From Terriglobales bacterium (GTDB lineage Bacteria; Acidobacteriota; Terriglobia; Terriglobales; Acidobacteriaceae), in NCBI GenBank assembly GCA_036521955.1, contig DATDGS010000068.1, forward strand, positions 118-64,117: DNA of 64,000 nt, in the 5' to 3' direction. The position numbers and the translations under genes are program-made. Within the stretch, counting starts at the first letter, position 1. The number at the start of each line of letters is the position of its first letter. Positions 9,401 through 19,684 of this stretch are shown here, one piece after another. Below the pieces are notes generated by a model. That model was not told the DNA's origin. It ran no database searches and saw only the letters and a program-made list of their open reading frames with translations.

Positions 9401-11111
9401 CAAAGTGGATGAAGTCATTGCGCGCCTCCGACATTCCATCCCCGGCGTAGGTTTAATCTCGCCACCGCCTCACCACGACATTTATTCCATCGAAGATCTC
9501 GCGCAACTGATTTACGACCTGAAGAATGTGAATCCGCAGGCCCGCATCGCGGTGAAGTTAGTCGCGGAAGTTGGAGTAGGCACCGTGGCCGCGGGCGTTG
9601 CCAAGGCACACGCGGATGTAGTCCTGATCAGCGGCGACAGCGGAGGCACCGGAGCTTCGCCGCTGAGTTCCATCAAGCACGCTGGCATTCCATGGGAGCT
9701 TGGCTTAGCGGAGACGCAGCAGGTGCTTCTGTTAAACGATCTGCGCAGCCGGATCCGCGTACAGACCGACGGCAAGCTGCAGACCGGCCGCGACGTCGTG
9801 ATAGCGGCACTGCTCGGCGCCGAAGAATTCGGTTTCGCCACCACGCCGCTGATTGCGATGGGTTGCGTCATGATGCGCAAATGCCATCTCAACACCTGCT
9901 CCGTAGGCATCGCCACGCAAGATCCCGTGCTGCGCAAGCAATTCAAAGGTCAGCCCGAACACGTCATCAACTTTTTCTTCTTCCTGGCCGAGCAAGTGCG
10001 GCAGTACATGGCCGATCTTGGCTTCCGCCGCATGGACGAGATGATTGGCCGCGTCGACATGATCGAGGTCGAGCCAGCCGTGAATCACTGGAAGGGGCGC
10101 GGCCTGGATCTATCGGCGATTCTCTACGATCCGTCCATGCCGTCACGTGTGGCTCGTCACTCTGTGCAGGCGCAGGACCACGGCTTGGAGCAAGCGCTCG
10201 ATCATCAACTGCTCGTCCGATCGCAGAATGCGCTCGAGACCCTTACGCCGGTCGTGATGAGACTCCCCGTGCGCAACGTTCATCGCTCCGTCGGAACCAT
10301 GCTGAGCGGAGTGATTGCTCGCCGATACGGGTCCACGGGTCTGCCCGACGATACCATCCGCATTCACCTCGATGGATCGGCGGGGCAAAGTCTGGGGGCA
10401 TTTCTCGCCAAAGGAGTCACTCTCACACTCGAAGGCGATGCTAACGATTACGTTGGCAAGGGTCTGTCGGGAGGACGTTTGGTTGCTTTTCCGCCGCGAC
10501 AGTCCCGTTTCGCGCCCGAAAACAATATTCTCATTGGCAACGTTGCCCTCTACGGTGCCACCAGCGGCGAAGCGTTTTTCAATGGAGTCGCGGGTGAGCG
10601 CTTTGCCGTTCGCAACTCCGGAGCGACCGCGGTGGTTGAGGGAGTCGGCGACCACGGCTGCGAATACATGACCAAGGGCCTGGTTCTGGTGCTCGGAGCC
10701 TGCGGCAGAAATTTTGCCGCTGGCATGAGTGGCGGTGTCGCTTATGTTTTCGACGAGCACGGAGACTTCACCGAAAAGCGCTGCAATCTCAACTCGGTTG
10801 ACCTCGAGCCAGTTTTCGAAATGCCGGCGTGCGGAACGGAAGCCTTCCGAACGGATGACGCTCAACTCGCCAAGGCCCGGCTTGCCGAAGCCAAGCTTGT
10901 CAAGAAGCTCGTCACCCGCCATCTCGGACTGACCGGCAGCCCGCGCGCCGCGCGGATTCTCGACAACTGGTCCGAGGCGCTATCCCGGTTCATCAAAGTG
11001 TTCCCTCACGAGCACAAGCGAGCGCTAGGCGTGAGCCGCCGACGCCAGCCTTACATCCCGAGTCCGCCGGTCGCTGCGCTGGCGCCGTCCGAGCAGGTGC
11101 AGCATGGGTAA
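6444..11111 (+). CDS. gltB: glutamate synthase large subunit
   Basis: Amidotransferase N-terminus ..HDACGIGF, FMN-domain hallmark ISPPPHHDIYSIEDL, about 1555 aa. Start placed at ATG 6444 (MTTRLKK); the track ORF starts at 6345. Confidence 0.95.
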   Translation: MTTRLKKPAGQKTTGPPPAQGLYHPAQEHDACGIGFVANVRGQKSHQIISQAIKVLLNLTHRGACGCDSETGDGAGILLQIPHQFFVRECGKLGFELPVPGAYGVGMTFLPVEKHERLQCEGILERIIREEGLTVLGWRDTPCFASAIGRVARGSQPYIQQIFVGCGAFTDEDAFERKLYVVRKRAESEMAASGIEDANVFHIPSLSCRTIVYKGLLLAPQITNFYKELSDPDVTSALCLVHQRFSTNTFPSWQRAHPYRYIAHNGEINTLKGNVNWMHARQSLLQSPLFGEEIKKLFPIIAPDGSDSANFDNAVELLLQSGRSLPHAMAMLIPEAWAGNSHMEPEKRAFYEYHACLMEPWDGPAAIAFTDGRVIGAILDRNGLRPGRYVVTNDDLVIMASEAGVLDIEPEQVKMKGRLQPGKMFLVDTVEGRIVPDKEIKQRLASRQPYAQWLKDNQITIDQLPAPSRMHHPDAETLLRRQRAFGYSDEDLRMILGPMASKGEEPVGSMGTDTPLACLSDRPQSLFNYFKQLFAQVTNPPIDPIREEIVMSLISYIGAERNILSEEPENCHMLKLAHPLLTNLELEKLRRVSTGDLLAITLPALFRAVEGEAGLKRALDELCQRASLAGKAGYTLLILSDRGVNKDYAPIPSLLALAAVHNLLVQEETRTQVALITESGEPREVMHFALLSGYGASAINPYLALECVESLARGGDLADGVTSELAVTHFIKSVNKGLLKTFSKMGISTLQSYQGAQVFEAIGLNKELVDSYFAGTPSRLEGIGLEVVAREAQLKHEHAFRPLTESETELAVGGTYHQRVNGEYHLLNPQTISKLQQAVRQESFQTFQEYTDLIDNQSSNMATLRSLMKLKKSAKPVPIEEVEPAKEIVKRFNTGAMSFGSISKEAHETLAIAMNRIGGKSNTGEGGEDEERFKPDANGDLRRSAVKQVASARFGVTANYLVNADELQIKMAQGAKPGEGGQLPGHKVDEVIARLRHSIPGVGLISPPPHHDIYSIEDLAQLIYDLKNVNPQARIAVKLVAEVGVGTVAAGVAKAHADVVLISGDSGGTGASPLSSIKHAGIPWELGLAETQQVLLLNDLRSRIRVQTDGKLQTGRDVVIAALLGAEEFGFATTPLIAMGCVMMRKCHLNTCSVGIATQDPVLRKQFKGQPEHVINFFFFLAEQVRQYMADLGFRRMDEMIGRVDMIEVEPAVNHWKGRGLDLSAILYDPSMPSRVARHSVQAQDHGLEQALDHQLLVRSQNALETLTPVVMRLPVRNVHRSVGTMLSGVIARRYGSTGLPDDTIRIHLDGSAGQSLGAFLAKGVTLTLEGDANDYVGKGLSGGRLVAFPPRQSRFAPENNILIGNVALYGATSGEAFFNGVAGERFAVRNSGATAVVEGVGDHGCEYMTKGLVLVLGACGRNFAAGMSGGVAYVFDEHGDFTEKRCNLNSVDLEPVFEMPACGTEAFRTDDAQLAKARLAEAKLVKKLVTRHLGLTGSPRAARILDNWSEALSRFIKVFPHEHKRALGVSRRRQPYIPSPPVAALAPSEQVQHG

Positions 11112-12570
11112 GGACACCGGCTTCATGGAATACTCGCGTGAGCTTGCCCCGCGCCGTCCAGTCACGCAGCGCGTCAACGATTGGTTCGAAATCTTTCTCG
11201 ATTTTCCTGAAGCGAATCTTCGCACCCAGGGTGCGCGCTGCATGGATTGTGGCGTGCCTTTTTGCCAGACGGGATGTCCCGTTAACAATCTGATTCCCGA
11301 TTGGAACGATCTGGTCTATCACGGGCGTTGGAAAGAAGCGGTACGGCAACTGCACGCAACCAACAACTTCCCCGAGTTCACCGGGCGGATTTGTCCCGCG
11401 CCGTGCGAAGCGTCCTGCGTGCTGGGCATCAATCAACCCCCGGTGACGATTAAGCAGATCGAAAAAAATATCGTGGAGCGAGGATTTCGCGAAGCCTGGA
11501 TCCCTCCCGAGCCGCCAAAGGTCCGCTCCGGAAAGAAAGTGGCGATCGTAGGTTCAGGTCCCGCGGGATTGGCCGCGGCCCAGCAGTTGTGCCGCGCCGG
11601 TCACGCAGTAACCGTCTACGAAAAAGCTGACCGCATTGGTGGCTTGCTCCGCTACGGCATCCCGGAATTCAAACTAGAGAAGCACATCATCGATCGCCGC
11701 CTGGAACAGATGTCCGCGGAGGGAGTGAAATTTGTTACGGGCGCGGAGGTGGGCAAGAATGTCGCGGTCGAAGAGCTGCAGCGCGACTTCGACGCCATTG
11801 TGCTCGCCGGCGGAGCCGAGTGGCCGCGCGATCTGAATGTCCCCGGACGCGAGCTCAAAGGAATCCATTTCGCAATGGAGTACCTGCCGCAGCAAAACCG
11901 GCGCAATCTAGGCGATACCATCCAGCCGGAAACAGAAATTTTGGCGAAGGGCAAGCGCGTGGTCATCATCGGTGGCGGCGACACCGGCGCCGATTGCCTC
12001 GGAACCTGCCATCGCCAAAAGCCGCTCTCCGTGCACCAGTTCGAGATCATGCCCAAGCCGCCCGACGACCGCTCACCCTCAACGCCATGGCCACTCTGGC
12101 CGATGCAACTGCGCATCGAAGGCGCGCACGAAGAAGGTGGAGTGCGCGACTGGAGCATCGCGACCACAAAACTCACCGGCTCCAGTTCCGGCCACGTTCA
12201 ACAACTGCACGCCGCGCGCGTAGGGCCCGCGCCAAAGTTCGAGCCGATTCCCGGCACCGAATTTACGATGGAAGTCGATTTGATACTGATTGCAATGGGC
12301 TTTGCCGGGCCAGTCCGCAACGGAATGATCGACCAACTTGGAGTGAAGTTAGATTCTCGCGGCAACGTAGCCACGGACCTGAACTACATGTCGTCGGTGC
12401 CCGGAATCTTCGCGGCGGGCGATATGCGTCGTGGCCAGTCTTTAGTTGTGTGGGCGATCGCCGAAGGCCGAAAGACGGCCGCGAGCGTGGACGCTTACCT
12501 GCGAACGCGGGCGATACCCGCGATCGCTCCCGCAGTTTCCAAGCCCAAGCAACAATTAATCGCTTCCTGA
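11104..12570 (+). CDS. gltD: glutamate synthase small subunit (NAD(P)H)
   Basis: Cys cluster [12 protein letters not shown], Rossmann motif [14 protein letters not shown]. Overlaps the gltB stop by 8 nt. Confidence 0.95.
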   Translation: MGKDTGFMEYSRELAPRRPVTQRVNDWFEIFLDFPEANLRTQGARCMDCGVPFCQTGCPVNNLIPDWNDLVYHGRWKEAVRQLHATNNFPEFTGRICPAPCEASCVLGINQPPVTIKQIEKNIVERGFREAWIPPEPPKVRSGKKVAIVGSGPAGLAAAQQLCRAGHAVTVYEKADRIGGLLRYGIPEFKLEKHIIDRRLEQMSAEGVKFVTGAEVGKNVAVEELQRDFDAIVLAGGAEWPRDLNVPGRELKGIHFAMEYLPQQNRRNLGDTIQPETEILAKGKRVVIIGGGDTGADCLGTCHRQKPLSVHQFEIMPKPPDDRSPSTPWPLWPMQLRIEGAHEEGGVRDWSIATTKLTGSSSGHVQQLHAARVGPAPKFEPIPGTEFTMEVDLILIAMGFAGPVRNGMIDQLGVKLDSRGNVATDLNYMSSVPGIFAAGDMRRGQSLVVWAIAEGRKTAASVDAYLRTRAIPAIAPAVSKPKQQLIAS

Positions 12571-12577
12571 ATCCCCG

Positions 12578-14878
12578 CTACTGCCCCGCCTGTTCCAGTT
12601 GCGTAGCTGCCGACTCGATCAACGCCGACTCATCCTGCAGCGCCTTCGAGGCGCGCACGATCTCCTGCTCCGCTTCCGCATATCTCTTTCGCTCGATTCC
12701 TTCACGCACGCCCGGAACCGTTTTCGCTCCGTAGCCCGTATAAACGCCCGGAGCGTACAGCAAATGCGTGTACCACGGACGCCGCGGCAATCCGTCAGCA
12801 TTGGTGAGCCGGCGTTCGCTTTCAATCAACTCTCGATTCAGAGCACCAAGCGTTGCCGCCATCGCGTCGTCTCCCAAACTCGCCTGCTTCCGTGCTAACG
12901 CCTGCTGGTACCGTTTAGCGCTGCGCGTAAGCGACTCGACCGCGTTCTGCATCGGCGCAAAGTTCAGGTGTGGCGGAACTTCTTCCCGCACCGGTGCCAC
13001 CGTGGGGCGTCTCGGATCGAACGTCGCCTGGAACATTCCTTCGTCCAGTTCCTGGTTGCGTTCGCGAATCTCCGCCTGTTTGTCAGCGAGCAACTTCTCC
13101 AGATTCTTTGTGTACATCTCGGCCGTATCGGCGAGGTTCACGAAGTCGAAAGGCAGCACTTCCGCATCCGCCAAACGCATCACCGATGTTCCCACGGTTT
13201 GCGCCAGAGCCCGCCCATATACAAAAGTCGTGTCCGAGAAATGTGTGTACCAGTAGAAGTCGTCGTAAATGGAGTGATAGATGCCGCCATCGTCTTCGCC
13301 ACCAAACGCCAAGTCCAGCGTGGCGATGCCGACGTGATCGAGAAACGCGGTAAAATCCGTTCCCGAACCGAGTGCTTCGATGCGCAAATCCGCGCGCTCC
13401 CGCAATTCCTTCCGCGATTCGTTGGGATCCTTCGCCGATTTCGCTTCTGCGATCTTGCTCAACCGCGCCCGCTGCCACACCGACATTTTGGTTTCCGGAT
13501 CTTCGATGTCGCGCGCAACTCCATTGATGAATTGTTCCAGGCTGTGCGAGCCGCCCATAGTCAGAACGCCGCGGTCGTTGCCGTCCGTATTGATGTAGAC
13601 GGCGGCACGTTCGCGTAACTCATCGGCATGTGTCTCCACCCATTCCGTTGAGCCGAGCAACATCGGTTCTTCGCCATCCCACGCGCAATAGATGATCGTG
13701 CGCCGCGGCTTCCACCCTTGCTTCACCAGCAAACTCAAACTCCGCGCTTCTTCCAGCAGAGAGACCTGCGCTGAGATCGGATCCTCGGCCCCGTTCACCC
13801 ACCCGTCATGATGATTGCCGCGAATGATCCATTCGTCCGCAGCGACGCTGCCCGGAATCTTCGCGATCACGTCGAAGACCGGCTTGATATCCCAATTAAA
13901 TGCGACCTTCAAATGAACCTGCGCCGGTCCCGGCCCGACGTGATACGGAATCGGCAGCGACCCGCGCCATTCCTCCGGCGCCATCGGTCCCGCCAGTGCG
14001 GCCAGCAATGGCTGCGCATCGCCATAAGAAATCGGCAGCACCGGAATCTGCGTGATGCTCTTAGCATCCTTCAGCGCCAGCCGCTTGGCATCGGGAGTCG
14101 CGCCGAACCCAGGTGTCAGCGGATCGCCCGGGCTATTGGCGGCAAAATCCATGACGCTGCCGCGCTGCACTCCGTCAGCGGGCCGCATCGGCCCCGCCGG
14201 AAACACGTTGTCGCGCGTGTAGCCGTCGTCCTGCGGTTCCGAATAAATCAGGCAGCCAATCGCTCCGTGTTCCGCCGCAACTTTCGGCTTCACCCCACGC
14301 CACGAGTGCAAATACTTGGCGATCACAATCGCGCCTTTCACCGAAATGCCCAGCCGGTCGAGTTTTTCGTAGTCCTCGGGCAAGCCGTAGTTCACAAACA
14401 CCAGCGGCCCGGTGACATCGCCGTCAATCGAGTAGGCGTTATACGTGGGCAACTGTTCCGCCTTCTGATTCGACGTCGGATCCACCGCCAACGCAGGCTC
14501 TTCCAGCTTAGCCGTGAACTTTGTGGGCGCAAGCATCTCCAGCAAGCGAAGCTTGGGCGTCGGGAACAGAACGTCGAACCTTTCGATGTGCGCGTCCAAT
14601 CCCCACTCCTTGAAATGGGCAAGAATCCATTCGGCGTTGTCCTTATCATAGGGAGAGCCCACATGATGCGGCCGCGCACTCAGCCGCCGCATATATTCAC
14701 GCAGGTTCGCAGGGTCGGGGATAGCGCGAAACTTGGCCTCCCACTCGCGTTCGCTCTGACCGGCGCGGGGCGAATATCCGACCAGCGCGGCTTGATTCGC
14801 GCCGACTTGGTCGGCGCCGAAGAATAAAGATGGAAACACCAGGGTAAACATCAGTGCAATCGCGAAGAACCGTTGCAT
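12578..14878 (-). CDS. M28-family metallopeptidase with PA and transferrin-receptor-like domains (glutamate carboxypeptidase II-like)
   Basis: Signal peptide MQRFFAIALMFTLVFPSLFFGA. Zinc-ligand regions GNHHDGWVNGAEDP and CAWDGEEPMLLGSTEW. Start ATG 14878 preceded by AAAAGGAG. Confidence 0.85.
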   Translation of the reverse strand: MQRFFAIALMFTLVFPSLFFGADQVGANQAALVGYSPRAGQSEREWEAKFRAIPDPANLREYMRRLSARPHHVGSPYDKDNAEWILAHFKEWGLDAHIERFDVLFPTPKLRLLEMLAPTKFTAKLEEPALAVDPTSNQKAEQLPTYNAYSIDGDVTGPLVFVNYGLPEDYEKLDRLGISVKGAIVIAKYLHSWRGVKPKVAAEHGAIGCLIYSEPQDDGYTRDNVFPAGPMRPADGVQRGSVMDFAANSPGDPLTPGFGATPDAKRLALKDAKSITQIPVLPISYGDAQPLLAALAGPMAPEEWRGSLPIPYHVGPGPAQVHLKVAFNWDIKPVFDVIAKIPGSVAADEWIIRGNHHDGWVNGAEDPISAQVSLLEEARSLSLLVKQGWKPRRTIIYCAWDGEEPMLLGSTEWVETHADELRERAAVYINTDGNDRGVLTMGGSHSLEQFINGVARDIEDPETKMSVWQRARLSKIAEAKSAKDPNESRKELRERADLRIEALGSGTDFTAFLDHVGIATLDLAFGGEDDGGIYHSIYDDFYWYTHFSDTTFVYGRALAQTVGTSVMRLADAEVLPFDFVNLADTAEMYTKNLEKLLADKQAEIRERNQELDEGMFQATFDPRRPTVAPVREEVPPHLNFAPMQNAVESLTRSAKRYQQALARKQASLGDDAMAATLGALNRELIESERRLTNADGLPRRPWYTHLLYAPGVYTGYGAKTVPGVREGIERKRYAEAEQEIVRASKALQDESALIESAATQLEQAGQ

Positions 14879-15109
14879 GCAACTCCTTTTTGTTAGAAGG
14901 GTGACATTATAGCCGCAAGACGCCGGCGAGTCGGGTCCCAATGGGGCTCTGTCGCCGAAGGTGAATATCCAGACATGTGATATTTTTGTGCCAATCGCAT
15001 TTCTAGTAGCGCGTAGGGGCAGCCGCCGTCGGCTGTCCAGGCGAGCGCAGCTCGCGAGGGTTTCGTTGCTACCCGCGCTTGAATCGGGCTAAGACCCGGA
15101 GCAACAGAT

Positions 15110-15490
15110 ATGGAAAAAGTGACTGGAATTGGCGGGCTGTTCTTCCGTGCGCAAGACCCAGCGGCGGCGCTGGCCCGATGGTATCAAGAACAACTTGGCG
15201 TCGCGCTGACGCCGTCGAGCTACGAGGAATTACCCCGGCAGCAGGAGGCGGGGCCGACCGCGTTCAGCCCGTTCCCCGTGGCGAGCGATTACTTCGGAAA
15301 TTCCAAGCAGCTGTGGATGGTCAACTTTCGAGTCCGGGACCTCGATGCAATGACCGCGCAGCTTCGTGCGGCGGGTATCGCGATCGACGTGGATCCGCAA
15401 CTTTATCCCAATGGCCGCTTCGCCCGCCTGCATGACCCTGAGGGCAATCCGATTGAGCTGTGGCAGCCGACCGGGCGGGACGAACGTTAG
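15110..15490 (+). CDS. VOC / glyoxalase-family protein
   Basis: 126 aa. GGLFFRAQDP.. and ..ARLHDPEGNPIELWQP, typical of the glyoxalase/bleomycin-resistance fold. Confidence 0.75.
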   Translation: MEKVTGIGGLFFRAQDPAAALARWYQEQLGVALTPSSYEELPRQQEAGPTAFSPFPVASDYFGNSKQLWMVNFRVRDLDAMTAQLRAAGIAIDVDPQLYPNGRFARLHDPEGNPIELWQPTGRDER

Positions 15491-15499
15491 GCTCGACCC

Positions 15500-17269
15500 T
15501 CACTTCACAAATGTCAGCCCATGCGGTACCGCATAGGCAAATACATAGGCATAGAGCATGACGATAATTCCGACAATGGCTCCCAGCGCAACCGAATGCC
15601 ACACCACAAACCGGAATATCGTGCCTTCGTTCCCGACTTGTTCAGTGGCGGCGGTGGCAATCGTGATCGACTGTGCGTCCACCATTTTTCCCATCACGCC
15701 ACCCGCACTGTTGGCCGCGCACATGAGCACCGGATCGATCCCGAGTTGCTGCGAAGTGATGCGCTGCAAGCTCCCAAACAACGCGTTCGATGAGGTATCG
15801 CTTCCAGTCAGCGCCACCCCGAGCCAGCCCAGAAAAGTGCCGAAGAAAGGATACGCCCAGCCCGTGCGCGTGAAAGCCAGTCCCAGTACCGCATCCAGCC
15901 CCGAATAGCGGGTTACGAAACCCAGCCCCAGCATGAAGGAAATCGCGACTACCGCCAGTCGCATGCGCACTAAAGTGCGCCAGAAAATTTTTGCCAGCAG
16001 CCGCGGGCTCATGCCCAGTATCAGTCCAGAGAAGATCGCTGCCAGAAAGCATGCCGTGCCAGTTGCGGAAAGCCAGTTGAAGTCATAACGCGCTGCCTCC
16101 GGCGTCGGCTTGGTAACCACGGGAGCGGCGCGACTGATCGCGTTGTGCAGCACCGGTACATCCCAGCCCGGCGGGCCCGGCCGTACTTTTCCATCAGGGA
16201 GCGTGACCTTGAACGCCGGTGTCGTGGCCTGGTTTAGGACCAGCTTGATCTTGGGCAGACCCCAGAGAAGGACGAACAGCGACAGGATGGCGAACGGCAT
16301 CCAGGCCTTCAACACCTGGCCGGTCGTGTAAGAGCGGGCCTTGGCATATCCGTCGAACTCCTTCGCGGACCACTCCCCTCCGAACTGGTCTGTGATGGGT
16401 GTGGTTGGTGGGGGCAGAGGCTGCTCTCTTTGATCATAGTCGAAGCGCCAAGTTTTCTTCGGCTTCCAAAAATGGAGAAAGCCCACGGTCGCGACGATCG
16501 ACACCACGGCGCCCATGATGTCCACCAGGTTAGCGTCCATGTGGTTCGACCAGAAGAACTGAGTGAATCCGAAAGAGAGACCGACGACTAGAATCGCGGG
16601 GAGCACTTCCAACGTCTCGCTCCATCCCACCATGGTTCGTACCAGCCAGAACGGCACAATGACCGCGGTAATGGGAAGAATGCGGCCGATCATCGCGCTA
16701 AGATCGGATTCCGGAAGCCCGGAGACGGCTGCCAGCGCGTGCACAGGAGTGCCGATTGCTCCCCAAGCCACCGGGGCCGTGTTGGCAATCAGATTCAGTG
16801 CCGCCGCGTGGAAAGGTCGAAAGCCGAGCCCAATCATGAAAGCTCCGGCAATCGCCACGGGCGCGCCAAACCCGGCTGCGCCCTCGATAAACGCGCCGAA
16901 GCAGAACGCCACCAGCAACACCTGCAGGCGCCGGTCCGGAGTAATGCCGGCGACCGATTCTTTCATGATCTCGAATTGGCCCGTCTCCACCGAGATGTCA
17001 TACAGATAAACCGCGGCCAGGACGATCCAGGCTATCTTCAGCAGACCGAAAGCAACACCGTACCCGAAACTCATGACTGCGAGCGTGACCGGCATTTTGA
17101 AGAACACGACCGCCACGCCGGCCGCAGTCAGTGCTCCTGCAATCGCGCACAAGTGAGGTTTTACTTTGAGGCCGGCCAGCAGCCCGAACAGGACAAGAAT
17201 CGGCAGAGCCGCAACTAAAGTGGAAAGCCACCAACGACCAAACGGATCATAGATCTGAGTCCAGTGCAT
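15500..17269 (-). CDS. L-lactate permease (LctP) family transporter
   Basis: 589 aa, polytopic. N-terminus MHWTQIYDPFG.WWLSTLVAALPILVLF.. is typical of the LctP family. Confidence 0.88.
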   Translation of the reverse strand: MHWTQIYDPFGRWWLSTLVAALPILVLFGLLAGLKVKPHLCAIAGALTAAGVAVVFFKMPVTLAVMSFGYGVAFGLLKIAWIVLAAVYLYDISVETGQFEIMKESVAGITPDRRLQVLLVAFCFGAFIEGAAGFGAPVAIAGAFMIGLGFRPFHAAALNLIANTAPVAWGAIGTPVHALAAVSGLPESDLSAMIGRILPITAVIVPFWLVRTMVGWSETLEVLPAILVVGLSFGFTQFFWSNHMDANLVDIMGAVVSIVATVGFLHFWKPKKTWRFDYDQREQPLPPPTTPITDQFGGEWSAKEFDGYAKARSYTTGQVLKAWMPFAILSLFVLLWGLPKIKLVLNQATTPAFKVTLPDGKVRPGPPGWDVPVLHNAISRAAPVVTKPTPEAARYDFNWLSATGTACFLAAIFSGLILGMSPRLLAKIFWRTLVRMRLAVVAISFMLGLGFVTRYSGLDAVLGLAFTRTGWAYPFFGTFLGWLGVALTGSDTSSNALFGSLQRITSQQLGIDPVLMCAANSAGGVMGKMVDAQSITIATAATEQVGNEGTIFRFVVWHSVALGAIVGIIVMLYAYVFAYAVPHGLTFVK

Positions 17270-17472
17270 GTGGTATCCCTCAGACTTCCGGTGAATAATG
17301 CGGACAAGAATCCTTCAGCAAGCCCGAAAAAGCAAGCGAAAATTCCGCAGGTTGTGAAGTTCCGCGGCGGCGAATTCTAATTCAATTGCAGCCAAATCCG
17401 CAGTGGCACTGCTCAGCGATCTCCCGTGATTGCCCGCGGATGACGGGCCGAAGATGCTAAATTAGAAGGTTC

Positions 17473-18525
17473 ATGTCCGCTCCCAACTCTCTCTTTGTTC
17501 GCGCCGCCAAGGCTCAGCCCTCCGAACGTACCCCAGTCTGGTTCATGCGTCAGGCCGGACGCTACATGGCGGAGTACCGCGCCATCCGCAAGCAATATTC
17601 CCTGATCGAGATCTGTAAGAAGCCGGAGGTCGCGGCTCAGGTCACCATTGAAGCGGCCGAGATCCTCAAAGTCGATGCGGCCATCATTTTCGCTGATCTT
17701 CTTCTCCCGCTCGAAGTCATGGGATTGCCCTTTCACTTCGCCGCCGGCGAAGGGCCGAAAATCGAAAGGCCGGTGCGGACCGCCGAAGACGTTGCCCACC
17801 TGCGCACCGATCGTGCCGCCGACCTCGGCTACGTTTCTGAAGCCGTGAAGCTGGTGTGCAAGCACTTCGGCGACAAACTTCCCGTCATCGGTTTCTGCGG
17901 AGCACCCTTCACGCTCGCCAGCTACATGATCGAAGGCGGAGGCTCGCGCAATTACCTTTTTACCAAGAAGATGATGTACTCCGCGCCCGCCGCCTGGAAC
18001 GAACTGATGAAAAAGTTGGTCGCGGTGACCGCCGAGTATTCCGCCGAGCAGGTGCGCGCCGGCGCCGACACCATCCAGATCTTTGATAGCTGGGCAGGCT
18101 GCCTGAGCGTCGAAGATTATCGCCGCTATGTTCTGGCGCATGTCACCGACCTGGTACAGCGCCTGCAAAAGACAAACGTCCCCGTCATTTATTTCGGCAC
18201 CGACAATTCGACGCTGCTGCCCTCGATGCAAGAGACCGGCGCCGAAGTCGTCGGGCTGGACTGGCGTATCCCACTAGATACCGGATGGAAGAGCCTGGGG
18301 TGCAAAGGCGCCGTGCAGGGCAATCTCGATCCCGTGCTGCTCTGCGCCGATTGGAAGGAACTCAAATCGCGCGCTGAAAACATTTTGCGCCAGGCCGCCG
18401 GACGCCCCGGCCACATCTTCAACCTGGGCCACGGCATTCTTCCCGAAACTCCGGTAGAGAACGTAAAAGCGCTCTGCGATTACATTCGCGAGCACTCGGC
18501 GGAGTTCAAGGCGACGCGCAAATGA
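17473..18525 (+). CDS. hemE: uroporphyrinogen decarboxylase
   Basis: URO-D signature PVWFMRQAGRYM; 350 aa. Confidence 0.95.
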   Translation: MSAPNSLFVRAAKAQPSERTPVWFMRQAGRYMAEYRAIRKQYSLIEICKKPEVAAQVTIEAAEILKVDAAIIFADLLLPLEVMGLPFHFAAGEGPKIERPVRTAEDVAHLRTDRAADLGYVSEAVKLVCKHFGDKLPVIGFCGAPFTLASYMIEGGGSRNYLFTKKMMYSAPAAWNELMKKLVAVTAEYSAEQVRAGADTIQIFDSWAGCLSVEDYRRYVLAHVTDLVQRLQKTNVPVIYFGTDNSTLLPSMQETGAEVVGLDWRIPLDTGWKSLGCKGAVQGNLDPVLLCADWKELKSRAENILRQAAGRPGHIFNLGHGILPETPVENVKALCDYIREHSAEFKATRK

Positions 18526-18527
18526 GG

Positions 18528-18600
18528 TTCGTATCAGGGCATCGCTTTGGCGATGCCGCAACTGCCTTTGGGTGGCGCAGCGCTTCAGCTCTGCGATAAC
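18528..18600 (+). repeat. dispersed hairpin repeat family B copy
   Basis: TTCGTATCAGGGCATCGCTTTGGCGATGCCGCAACTGCC.. with stem GGCATCGC/GCGATGCC, then a second GC module. Confidence 0.8.
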
Positions 18601-18645
18601 TGCATTGTTTTGACTGCGGCTGTAGCCGCTGAGGTGAGTGAATAA

Positions 18646-19653
18646 ATGACGCCCTGCCCGCTGCGCCTCGACAGCCAGTGCTATTGCGCCAATCGAGTGA
18701 GTTCGTTTGCCGCAGCGGAGTCGCGGAAAACCGCCGTCCTTCTCCTCGCCCACGGCAGCCCCGAGAACCCCGATCAGATTCCCGAATTTCTAAGTTACGT
18801 CACCGGCGGACGTCCCCTGCCGTCAACGGTAGTTGAAGAAATCCGCCATCGCTATTCGCTGATCGGTTCTTCGCCGCTTCTCTGCTGGACTCTGCTGCAA
18901 GCCGATCAACTTTCAAAGTCGCTGCAGATGCCGGTCTTCGTAGGTATGCGCAACTGGAGGCCCTTCATCGCCGACGCGGTGAACGCAATCGCCAGCCGGA
19001 ACTACGATCGCGTGATCGCTATCTGTCTTGCCCCGCAGAATTCGCGAACCAGCGTCGGCCTCTACCGCAGCGCGGTCATTAGCGACGCCGGTGGCGACGG
19101 GAACCTTCCTTTCCAGTTGGACTTCGTCGAGGAGTGGCACGACCAGCCGCTGCTTGCCAGCGCGTTCGCGGAAAAACTGCGCGCCGGATGGGAGAAAGCC
19201 AACGCTGAAAGCGACGCGAAGCTGCCCGTGATCTTCACCGCGCACAGCGTCCCCGAGCGCACGATTACGGAAGGCGATCCCTACGAGAGGCAAGCCAAAG
19301 AAACCGCCGCACTGGTGGCGAAAGAAGCGAACCTGTCAGCCGGCGACTGGACCTTCGCTTTCCAGAGTCAGGGCATGTCCGGTGGCCCGTGGATCGGCCC
19401 CACGGTGGAGAGTACGATCAGAAATCTAAAGGCGAAGGGCCATCGCGGTGTTTTACTGCACCCCATAGGGTTTCTGTGCGATCACGTCGAGGTGCTTTAC
19501 GATATCGATATCTTCTTCAAACAGTTCGCAGAGAGAGAAGGCATGCGCCTGTGGAGAGCCGAGTCGTTGAATGGCTCGAAGACGTTGACGGCAGCCCTGG
19601 CGGAACTGGTCAACACCTGCGTGAAGACGCGGGGCGTTAGCAAGGAGCTATGA
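18646..19653 (+). CDS. hemH: ferrochelatase (possibly coproporphyrin ferrochelatase)
   Basis: LLLAHGSPE, FTAHSVPE, HVEVLYDID. The start is uncertain: an in-frame GTG at 18697 would remove a 17-aa N-terminal extension. Confidence 0.9.
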   Translation: MTPCPLRLDSQCYCANRVSSFAAAESRKTAVLLLAHGSPENPDQIPEFLSYVTGGRPLPSTVVEEIRHRYSLIGSSPLLCWTLLQADQLSKSLQMPVFVGMRNWRPFIADAVNAIASRNYDRVIAICLAPQNSRTSVGLYRSAVISDAGGDGNLPFQLDFVEEWHDQPLLASAFAEKLRAGWEKANAESDAKLPVIFTAHSVPERTITEGDPYERQAKETAALVAKEANLSAGDWTFAFQSQGMSGGPWIGPTVESTIRNLKAKGHRGVLLHPIGFLCDHVEVLYDIDIFFKQFAEREGMRLWRAESLNGSKTLTAALAELVNTCVKTRGVSKEL

Positions 19654-19684
19654 GCTAACTGCTGATGGTTAAGTGCTACACACC

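Noticed and set aside
15011-15060. Double GC hairpin (CAGCCG-CCGT-CGGCTG and GCGAGC-GCA-GCTCGC) between the peptidase and VOC genes as another repeat family
   Set aside because: Only one copy lies in this window, so it cannot be called a repeat from the data available. It may be a promoter-region structure or a member of a family located elsewhere.
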